Part shown: positions 1 to 7,157 of the stretch, in pieces
Layout of the letters: each line of letters starts with the position of its first letter
Position numbering within the stretch: position 1 is the stretch's first letter
Program-made: the position numbers and the translations under genes
The notes under the pieces: model-generated
The model's database searches: none
The model's input: only the letters and a program-made list of their open reading frames with translations
Told to the model about the DNA's origin: nothing
Source of the DNA: a virus
Lineage: Duplodnaviria > Caudoviricetes
DNA: 34,745 nucleotides
Direction: 5' to 3' (one strand)
IMG/VR virus record: IMGVR_UViG_3300009124_000047
Span: 1-34,745 of that record

Positions 1-203
1 TCCGCGTGCATCCGCAGCGCGACGTGACGGCGCTGGTGTCGCTGTTCCCGCAACTCAGCGAGGAGGAGCGCAGCCAGTTGACCTACTACATCGCAAGCCG
101 CGACAGCGTGACGTTCGGCAACCTGCTACCGTCTGACGCGACCGTGCTGACCCACGAGCAGGCCGAGGCGCTCGGCTGGTTCCCTGACGACCCAACACCA
201 TGA
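1..203 (+). CDS. Hypothetical protein, probably the 5'-truncated end of an upstream gene
   Basis: Frame is open to the window edge; stop overlaps the next ATG (ATGA at 200-203). Confidence 0.55.
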   Translation, partial: RVHPQRDVTALVSLFPQLSEEERSQLTYYIASRDSVTFGNLLPSDATVLTHEQAEALGWFPDDPTP

Positions 204-448
204 GCGAAGACGCAGGCAACGGCTGGGGCGAATACCGCAAGCTCGTCATGACGGAGATCGAGCGGCTGGCTCGTGAGATCCGGCACGAGCGCAACAACGG
301 CAAGCAGGTGCAGCAGCATCTCTGGGACCAGATGTTGCGGATCGAGAAGGAGATCGCGACGCTGAAGGTGCGCTGCGGCATCTGGGGTTTGGTCGGCGGT
401 CTAATCCCGGTAGTGACAGCCCTTTTGATGAGTAGGATTCCCGCATGA
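200..448 (+). CDS. Putative holin-like membrane protein (coiled coil plus C-terminal TM helix)
   Basis: Helical charged N-part then hydrophobic GIWGLVGGLIPVVTALLM; ATGA-coupled on both sides; next to a lipoprotein gene. Confidence 0.55.
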   Translation: MSEDAGNGWGEYRKLVMTEIERLAREIRHERNNGKQVQQHLWDQMLRIEKEIATLKVRCGIWGLVGGLIPVVTALLMSRIPA

Positions 449-747
449 AACTGATTTACATCCTCGTGCCCTGCCTGCTTCTTGCTGGCTGCGGCATCTT
501 TACCCCCGAACAGGTCTCTGGCATCACCGACGTGATTAACCAGATTGAGACGCAGGGCGGGCTCACGTCCATGCAAGCCGAGGCGCTGCGCCAAGCCGTC
601 ATGGCTAACACGGGCGAGCCGTGGTGGATGCAACTCGGCAAGATCGTGCTCGAAGTCGGGCTTGCAGTTGCCGGTGTGCGCCTGTGGCGCGGGCCTGCTG
701 CGACGACCGCCGAGCGAGCGGCGCGGATCGCATCTAGCAAGAGCTAG
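445..747 (+). CDS. Lipoprotein with C-terminal hydrophobic helix, candidate spanin
   Basis: Signal peptide MKLIYILVPCLLLAG/C with LAGC lipobox; second hydrophobic segment WWMQLGKIVLEVGLAVAGVRLW. Confidence 0.6.
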   Translation: MKLIYILVPCLLLAGCGIFTPEQVSGITDVINQIETQGGLTSMQAEALRQAVMANTGEPWWMQLGKIVLEVGLAVAGVRLWRGPAATTAERAARIASSKS

Positions 748-768
748 TGCGGTCTAGGAGCCGCAACG

Positions 769-792
769 TGCCGCAGCCTAAGGGCTTGCGGC
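769..792 (+). other. GC-rich stem-loop after the lipoprotein gene
   Basis: GCCGC-AGCC-taag-GGCT-t-GCGGC inverted repeat; no U-tract. Confidence 0.4.
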
Positions 793-803
793 TACAGGGC
801 AGC

Positions 804-878
804 ATGAACACGCTGCTCTGGCCGGTGCTCCTGGTGTTGTCCGTGCGGTTCTGGGTCGCAGTCATCTGCTGGATCTAG
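804..878 (+). CDS. Small hydrophobic peptide (24 aa, MNTLLWPVLLVLSVRFWVAVICWI)
   Basis: Manually read ATG..TAG ORF below the track cutoff; single-TM composition. Confidence 0.4.
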   Translation: MNTLLWPVLLVLSVRFWVAVICWI

Positions 879-922
879 CCCGCACGCCCTAGACCACAAC
901 ATTCGGTAGAGCGCAAAAAAAG

Positions 923-972
923 TCCCACAACTGGGACTGGGATTCCCAAAACTGGGATAAGGATGCTAGAGT
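923..972 (+). promoter_or_regulatory. Putative head-operon promoter: two TCCCA-N4-TGGGA palindromes plus extended -10
   Basis: TCCCAcAACTGGGA at 923-936 and TCCCAaAACTGGGA at 944-957; TGcTAGAGT at 964-972, 6 nt before GTG 979. Confidence 0.6.
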
Positions 973-978
973 CCTGGC

Positions 979-1311
979 GTGCGCCACCACGCGATTTCCG
1001 ATGAGTTGATCGACCAAGATGCGGCAGAGCGATCTGACCGTATCCAGGGGCGTATCAACACACATCGTGAAGACATGCGTTGGCTCATGGGGACGCAGTC
1101 TGGCCGCCGCATCGTGTGGCAATGGCTTCAGGAGATGCGGGTCTTCCTGCCTGTGGCAGACACAAACGGTCTAGCGCAAAGCCACAAGGCTGGCGCTCAG
1201 GCTGTTGGCATGAAGATCACCGCCGAGCTTCTGGATGCGTGCCCCGACCAGTTCACCTTGATGCTCAAGGAATCCCGTGACAGAGACGCAAACAGAAACT
1301 CCCGAAACTAA
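979..1311 (+). CDS. Bbp19-like conserved podovirus head-region protein
   Basis: DMRWLMGTQSGRRIVWQWL motif and position immediately before the scaffold gene. Confidence 0.7.
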   Translation: MRHHAISDELIDQDAAERSDRIQGRINTHREDMRWLMGTQSGRRIVWQWLQEMRVFLPVADTNGLAQSHKAGAQAVGMKITAELLDACPDQFTLMLKESRDRDANRNSRN

Positions 1312-1903
1312 CAACGAGGGGCAAGTTGCTGAATCTCTGCTGACCGGCCAGGAGGTCGATCAGCAACCGCAAGAGCAGCAGCCGCAGGAAGCCCAGGCCC
1401 AGCCCGAGCAACCGGCGGAAGTCAGCGAACCCGAGGGTGCGCCCGAGACATACGAGTTCCAAGCCACGGAAGGCTCGGACCTCGATGTGGACTCAGGTGC
1501 GGTGCAAGCATTCTCCGAGGTCGCAAAGGAACTCAACCTGACTCAAGAGCAGGCTCAGTCAGTGCTCGACAAGGTCGCCCCGGCGCTGAAGCAGCAGAAC
1601 GAAGAATACATCCAAGGTCTTCGTTCCGAGTGGGTTGAGTCCGTCAAAGCCGATCCTGAGATCGGTGGAGATCAGCTTCAGGAAAACCTGGGTAAGGCCG
1701 TGCGCGTCCTCGACGCCTTCGGCACCCCCGAACTGAAGTCGCTGCTAGGGGAAACAGGTCTTGGCGATAACCCGGAGATCATCCGGTTCCTCGTCAGGGC
1801 GCACCAGGATATCGGCGAGGACCGTTTCCTCACTGGTAGCCCGTCGGACAAAGAACAGCCGTTCTCTGCCCGAGATTTCTACAACAACTCAAAGATGAAC
1901 TGA
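1277..1903 (+). CDS. Capsid assembly scaffolding protein
   Basis: Acidic Q/E/P-rich N-terminus, APETYEF, AKELNLTQEQAQ, DPEIGG, LGDNPEIIRF; directly upstream of the major capsid gene. Confidence 0.8.
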   Translation: MTETQTETPETNNEGQVAESLLTGQEVDQQPQEQQPQEAQAQPEQPAEVSEPEGAPETYEFQATEGSDLDVDSGAVQAFSEVAKELNLTQEQAQSVLDKVAPALKQQNEEYIQGLRSEWVESVKADPEIGGDQLQENLGKAVRVLDAFGTPELKSLLGETGLGDNPEIIRFLVRAHQDIGEDRFLTGSPSDKEQPFSARDFYNNSKMN

Positions 1904-1914
1904 GGAGTTAACCC

Positions 1915-2943
1915 ATGCCTGTAAGTGCAACTACGCACCCGACGCTGCTTGACTACACCAAGCGGCAAGACCCTGACAAGAGCATCGCGACGATCGTCGA
2001 GACGCTCGCCCAAACCAACGAAGTCCTTGAGGACATGGTCCACCTTGAGGGCAACCTTGAGACTGGCCACCGCACCACGATCCGCTCGGGTCTCCCGGCT
2101 CCGACGTGGCGCAAGCTCTACGGCGGCGTCCAGCCCTCGAAGAGCGAGACCGTCCAAGTGACGGACACCATCGGCATGATGGAAGCCTACGCCGAAGTGG
2201 ACAAGCAACTTGCCGATCTGAACGGCAACACGGCTGCGTTCCGCATGTCGGAAGACATGGCCCACATCGAGGGCATGAACCAAGAGTTCACCCGCACGCT
2301 GTTCTACGGCGACGAGGGCACCGATGTCGAAGAGTTCACGGGTTTCCGTGCTCGCTTTGATGACAGCGGCGCTGAAAACGGCACCAACATTCTGGACGGT
2401 GACGAATACGGCGGGAACGAGATTGCTGGCAACGCTAACTCTAGCCTGTGGCTGGTCGTCTGGGGTCCGAACACCTGTCACGGCATCTACTCCAAGGGCA
2501 GCCAGATGGGTCTGTCCAAGGAAGACAAGGGTCAGGTGACCATTGAGAACGTCTCTGGCACGACCAGCGGCGGTCGCATGGAAGCCTACCGCACGCACTA
2601 CAAGTGGTGCTGTGGCCTGAGCGTTCGCGACTGGCGTTACGTCGTGCGAATGCAGTTCCTTACTTCCGATCTCAACGGTGCCAATGACGGCACTGGCCTC
2701 GATCTGACTGAGATGATGTCGGACGCTTGTGAACTGGTGCCGAGCCTGAGCATGGGTCGCGCCTCGTTCTACTGCAACCGCTCGACGAAGCAGTTCCTGC
2801 GTAAGCAGTACGTTAGCAAGGTCAAGCAATCGACGCTTGGCATGGACGAGATCGGTGGTCGCAGCACCCTGGTCTTCGATGGCATCCCGATCCGCAAGGT
2901 CGATGCCCTGATTGACACCGAATCCCCGGTGACGGGCTTCTAA
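1915..2943 (+). CDS. Major capsid protein (BPP-1 Bbp17-like)
   Basis: 342 aa with IVETLAQTNEVLEDM, RSGLPAPTWRKLYGGV, GLSVRDWRYVVR, FDGIPIRKVDAL; GAGGAG RBS. Confidence 0.92.
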   Translation: MPVSATTHPTLLDYTKRQDPDKSIATIVETLAQTNEVLEDMVHLEGNLETGHRTTIRSGLPAPTWRKLYGGVQPSKSETVQVTDTIGMMEAYAEVDKQLADLNGNTAAFRMSEDMAHIEGMNQEFTRTLFYGDEGTDVEEFTGFRARFDDSGAENGTNILDGDEYGGNEIAGNANSSLWLVVWGPNTCHGIYSKGSQMGLSKEDKGQVTIENVSGTTSGGRMEAYRTHYKWCCGLSVRDWRYVVRMQFLTSDLNGANDGTGLDLTEMMSDACELVPSLSMGRASFYCNRSTKQFLRKQYVSKVKQSTLGMDEIGGRSTLVFDGIPIRKVDALIDTESPVTGF

Positions 2944-2958
2944 TAGGAGGACACACAG

Positions 2959-3426
2959 ATGTTCATTGATGGAAACTTGGAGTTCTGCGACGGCGAGACG
3001 CTGTCGGGAACTGGCATCTCTGAGGCCAAGGGCACCGTCCGCGATCTCAGCAACACGACCGACAACGCTCTTAAGGACTGGGGCGCTGGCGAGCCGATCT
3101 ACTTTGTTCTGAACGTGACTACCGCTTTCTCTGGCGGCACCAGCGTCCGCATTGATCTGCGCTCGGACAGTGGCACCGACCTTGAAACTGCGGAGGTCAT
3201 TCACTGGACGACCGGCGTAGTCGCGGCGGCGGATTACGCCACCTTGACGGGCATGACCATCATCGCCCTTCCGACTGTTCCCAGCGACTACAAGGAAAAC
3301 GTCGGAGTTCACGTCACGACTGTTGGCACAGTCACTGGCGGTGTTGCGGACGCCTTCCTCGCGAAGGACGTGAGCAACTGGACCAGCACCGCGACCCGCG
3401 TCCCGGCAACTGACCCGGCTAGCTAA
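2959..3426 (+). CDS. Capsid cement/decoration protein (Bbp16-like)
   Basis: MFIDGNLEF start, DWGAGEPIYFVLNVTTAF, beta-rich; follows MCP; AGGAGG RBS. Confidence 0.75.
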   Translation: MFIDGNLEFCDGETLSGTGISEAKGTVRDLSNTTDNALKDWGAGEPIYFVLNVTTAFSGGTSVRIDLRSDSGTDLETAEVIHWTTGVVAAADYATLTGMTIIALPTVPSDYKENVGVHVTTVGTVTGGVADAFLAKDVSNWTSTATRVPATDPAS

Positions 3427-3635
3427 TGCGAGTCAGAGCCAAGAATCGTGGCATCTACGGACCCCGGCGTTGGCAGCCGGGGATGGAGTTCACGCTTACT
3501 GATCCCAGCCAGTTCAACGCAAGTTGGATGGAGAAGATCGAGGAGCCCAAGGCTTCTGTTAAGCGTGGCCCTGGACGCCCGAAGAAGCAGCCGAAGCCTG
3601 AACCGCTTCCGGCTCAGGAAAAGGCGGAAGCCTGA
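3426..3635 (+). CDS. Small protein with AT-hook-like motif
   Basis: TAATG coupling to upstream gene; KRGPGRPKK motif. Confidence 0.7.
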   Translation: MRVRAKNRGIYGPRRWQPGMEFTLTDPSQFNASWMEKIEEPKASVKRGPGRPKKQPKPEPLPAQEKAEA

Positions 3636-3640
3636 TCCGA

Positions 3641-3690
3641 ATAGTGCGGGGGTTGCAGCCGCCGCCCCCGCGCTATATCTGACGGCGGCT
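3641..3690 (+). promoter_or_regulatory. Putative H-type RNA pseudoknot at the head/tail gene boundary
   Basis: Stem 1 3641-3652/3665-3676; loop AGCCGCCG 3657-3664 is complementary to CGGCGGCT 3683-3690. Confidence 0.5.
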
Positions 3691-3705
3691 ACTTGAGGTA
3701 AGCCC

Positions 3706-6700
3706 GTGGCCGTCAGAAAGTTCATCCTCGTTGCCGGACAGAGCAACGCGACTGAGATCGGAGATGCTCAAGGGTGGGAGGACGAGAACCCCTACCTTGC
3801 GATCAGAAGCCCGCAGCATGAGGCTTCTCAGACTCCGCAGTTCAGCAACGGAGCCTACAACGATCTCCTGACTCTGCCCTACACGTTCAACGGCGGGCAG
3901 CAGACGGACTTCAAGGGTGACGGAACGGCTGCGAGCCAGTGGCAATACTCGAACGTCATCGGCAGCGCGTCGCAGGCGATCCGCTACCTGACGTTCTACG
4001 ATCCGACGCCTAGTTACTTCAACTTTGGTGTTGGTGTTACTTCTAACTACCCTGGCACAGGCACGATCCTGACCGGCAGCACGTCTACGTCGCTAACGAC
4101 AAACATCCGTTGGCAAGTAGACCCTGACGGCATCGTGCTCACGCGGCAGCGGACGGGCCAGCAGCACACTATCCAGTCCGGGTGGTCGTCGGCGACTGCA
4201 ACCGTCACCATCAGCCCGCCGATGGTTCCGCCGCCTGAAGTTGGAGAACTCTTTGACTACGAAATTGAAGGTGGAGGCGACGGCGGAGGATCGAGCTACA
4301 GCACTACGACCCAACTGGTGTTCAAGAACCAGTTTGGCGGCAACGCTTTCTCCACAACGGCGGAAGACTTGGTGCTCAGTTCCGTCATTGACGACGACGG
4401 AGTCTACGCCTCTTACATCTCCCACATCCGCAACGCCGACGGCACTAAGGATGCGGCGCGAGTAACTTGCCGGGGTCGGCTTATCAAAGTCGGCGACATC
4501 ATCCAGTTCGAGAATGGCACCAGCGGAACTCTTGCAAACGTCACTGGCGTAGTTACTGGGTCGTCTACCACTCCCAACACTAACTATTACGTCACGCGGG
4601 TGTTGTCGCAGGGGGCGACGGTTGCGCTGGCTTCTACTACTTGGGACCACGAAGACAACCAGATCCGCCTGAGCGGCCACAAGTTAGCGCACAACGAACC
4701 CATCCAGTTCAGCGGGAACATCCCGTCGGATTTGGACGAGGACACTACCTACTACGTCAACACCCACATCACGGTTGGCAGTAGCGATTGGGACGACACA
4801 ACAGATCGAATCACTATTACTGGGCACGGCCTAGACGCCAACGACATCGTAGTTTTTGTCAACGACGGCACGACTGCGTCCAGCCTTCCTAGTGGCGGTG
4901 AGATCACGATTGACACGCCTTACTACGTCATCGTCGTAGATGAAAACACGATTCAGTTAAAGGCGTCTTCTAGTGGTAGCGCCGTGGATTTCAGCGGCAC
5001 CTCATCGGGTGACTCCATCATCACCCTGCCCAACATCTTCCGCTTGCAAAGCGGGATCAGCGGTTCAGCGGTCACTTTCTCGGCGATCGCAGGAAACGAC
5101 CCAAGCACGGCTACCCGCCTCGATTCCTACGCCAACTTTTACATCTCGGCGTCTGTCGGCGGAACAGAAGTTCAAGCAGACGCAGACTCTAGTCGCGACG
5201 CTACGTTTGCCAACGAACTCAAGCTCCAGCACACAGATGTCTTCCGAGGCAGCCTGACGGGCCTGCAAGCCCGTTGCGTTGATGGCACGCCAGCCAACAT
5301 CGGCGTAGCTAAGGCTTTGGCAGACATCGAATACAACACGACCGACTCCAGAAGTGTGGTCACTTGCGATGCTTGGGACACCGCGCCTGCTGAGAACGAC
5401 GTGTTTGTCATCGAGCCCACGGGACAGGCTGCCGACTTCCACAAGTGGGCGATGTGGCTGCCCTGGTGCCCGTTCGAGGGCAAGGCGTCCTACGTGGGGC
5501 CGGGACTGGTGTTTAGCCTGTCTAGCACAACCGGAAGCACGCTGTTCGGAATTGGTCTAGGGACGCTGTCGCCGCTGCAAGTGAACTCAAAGGTTCGTTT
5601 CTACACAAGCGGCAGCCTCCCGTCTCCGCTGGTGGAAGGTAAGGACTATTTCATCCACACGCTGACGGGCGGCGGGACGACCTTCTTCTTAAAGGAGACC
5701 TACGACAGCACGACGGCTATCCAAGGAGACAGCACCAGTGCAGGCTCGGGTGTCCACACCTTCTACATCGTAGACGCGGAGGGTAAGGCCAACCCCTACC
5801 CGCCGGGGTTCAACTACCCGAACCACCACGCGATCCCGCGTGCCTACCAGCCTTTCGATGGCTCGTCCTACATCAACAGGCCGCCGAGCATCGGGTTCCA
5901 CACGGGTCTCGCCTACCGCCTGCACGAACACTACGGCGAGGTGATGAACGTCGCGGTCAGCGCCATCGGCGGAACCAGCGTCGGGCACAAGGAAGTCTGG
6001 GATGTCGATACTGGCGTCCAGTTGGGCCATGCGTGGCTCGACGTGATGCAGCAAAAGTCTTGGTCTCCCGGTGAGCCCAACAACTGTTTTGCGCGTCTAG
6101 AGGACGTTCTGGACGCCGCCAAGACTGCGTTCACGGCAGACGGTGACACCGGAGAATGCGTCGGCATCTTCTGGGCGCAGGGCGAGTCTGACGCTGGCAA
6201 CCAGAGGCTTGCCAACAACTACGAGGATGGCACGCGCAAGCTGCGTGCAGCGATCCGCAAGGCTGTCAAGAGCCGTGGGTTGACCACGCTGGACGAGGAC
6301 AAGATTCCGTTCGTTCACCCGAAGATCAAGGAGATCACGAACTGGGCCTACGCCACCACGGTGAACACCGCGATCCAGACGTTGGCAGACGAAGATCCCT
6401 ACAGCCGCACGTTCAGCGTTGCAGACCTAGAACTCAACCCTGCCGACGGCGTCCACTACACGGGCAAGGGGATGAACGACTTGGGGGATCTGTGCTACAC
6501 GGCTTGGAAGAACATCCAGCGTTCGGGCTCGTCGGAGGTGGACATCTGCAACCTCGCCCTGACGCACATCGGCGACAAGGCCACGATCACCAGCATCAAC
6601 CCATCCGATGGCAGCCACCAAGCCGACCTTTGTGCTCGATACTATCCTCTGGCAAGAGATCTACTACTGGAGCGGCATCGTTGGGACTTCACCATCCGGC

Positions 6701-7155
6701 AAGTCTCTCCTGTGGCTCTCAGCGCTAGTGGACGGACAGACTGGGAGTATGCCTACCGGCTGCCGAGCAACTTCGCGGGAGTTATCGCGGTCCTCGCGAA
6801 GGACTCGACGGACGACCAGATCTCGGAAGGGACCGCAGCCCCGCAGCCTTTCGCGATCGAGTCGAACATAGACCAGGACCGGGTTCTCTACTGCAACCTC
6901 AAGGACGTGGTGTTGCGCTACCAAGCCAAGATCACGGACAGCACCAAGTTCAGCCAGATGTTCGTCCACGCCATCTCTTGGCAGTTGGCGAGCATGTTGG
7001 CGGGTGCGCTCATCAAGGGTGACGACGGGGCCGCAGCGGTCCAGAACGCTACGAGGATGGCTGAGTTCTACGCCGAGCGTGCGGCGGCGTTCGACAGCAG
7101 GACGACCCGCGACAAGCCGGTCGTTGACACCAACACGAACCCCTGGGATCGCTAG
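3706..7155 (+). CDS. Tail tubular protein A (adaptor) fused to a split SGNH/SASA-type carbohydrate esterase with repeated beta domains
   Basis: GQSN (aa 11-14), AIGGTS (~753), QGESD (~825), DGVHY (~914); C-terminal ~210 aa SEVDICNLALTHIG...LLERHRWDF...YAYRLPS typical of adaptors; gene precedes the nozzle. Confidence 0.85.
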   Translation: MAVRKFILVAGQSNATEIGDAQGWEDENPYLAIRSPQHEASQTPQFSNGAYNDLLTLPYTFNGGQQTDFKGDGTAASQWQYSNVIGSASQAIRYLTFYDPTPSYFNFGVGVTSNYPGTGTILTGSTSTSLTTNIRWQVDPDGIVLTRQRTGQQHTIQSGWSSATATVTISPPMVPPPEVGELFDYEIEGGGDGGGSSYSTTTQLVFKNQFGGNAFSTTAEDLVLSSVIDDDGVYASYISHIRNADGTKDAARVTCRGRLIKVGDIIQFENGTSGTLANVTGVVTGSSTTPNTNYYVTRVLSQGATVALASTTWDHEDNQIRLSGHKLAHNEPIQFSGNIPSDLDEDTTYYVNTHITVGSSDWDDTTDRITITGHGLDANDIVVFVNDGTTASSLPSGGEITIDTPYYVIVVDENTIQLKASSSGSAVDFSGTSSGDSIITLPNIFRLQSGISGSAVTFSAIAGNDPSTATRLDSYANFYISASVGGTEVQADADSSRDATFANELKLQHTDVFRGSLTGLQARCVDGTPANIGVAKALADIEYNTTDSRSVVTCDAWDTAPAENDVFVIEPTGQAADFHKWAMWLPWCPFEGKASYVGPGLVFSLSSTTGSTLFGIGLGTLSPLQVNSKVRFYTSGSLPSPLVEGKDYFIHTLTGGGTTFFLKETYDSTTAIQGDSTSAGSGVHTFYIVDAEGKANPYPPGFNYPNHHAIPRAYQPFDGSSYINRPPSIGFHTGLAYRLHEHYGEVMNVAVSAIGGTSVGHKEVWDVDTGVQLGHAWLDVMQQKSWSPGEPNNCFARLEDVLDAAKTAFTADGDTGECVGIFWAQGESDAGNQRLANNYEDGTRKLRAAIRKAVKSRGLTTLDEDKIPFVHPKIKEITNWAYATTVNTAIQTLADEDPYSRTFSVADLELNPADGVHYTGKGMNDLGDLCYTAWKNIQRSGSSEVDICNLALTHIGDKATITSINPSDGSHQADLCARYYPLARDLLLERHRWDFTIRQVSPVALSASGRTDWEYAYRLPSNFAGVIAVLAKDSTDDQISEGTAAPQPFAIESNIDQDRVLYCNLKDVVLRYQAKITDSTKFSQMFVHAISWQLASMLAGALIKGDDGAAAVQNATRMAEFYAERAAAFDSRTTRDKPVVDTNTNPWDR

Positions 7156-7157
7156 AA

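Noticed and set aside
1879-3312. 477-aa antisense ORF over the capsid and cement genes
   Set aside because: Shadow ORF from biased codon usage on the sense strand; no motifs or RBS. The same applies to the many other antisense ORFs in the track.
3641-3690. HDV-like ribozyme
   Set aside because: No room for P3/L3 between the stems; only a simple H-type topology fits.
3615-3708. Frameshift or readthrough fusing the 69-aa ORF to the tail adaptor (GGAAAAG plus pseudoknot)
   Set aside because: Readthrough meets TAG at 3642; the -1 frame stops at 3680 and the +1 frame at 3694; spacer to the pseudoknot (17 nt) is too long.
3748-5960. Intein as explanation for the split SGNH domain
   Set aside because: No recognisable Hint or LAGLIDADG motifs or HN-C/S/T splice junction; the insert consists of beta-rich repeat modules.
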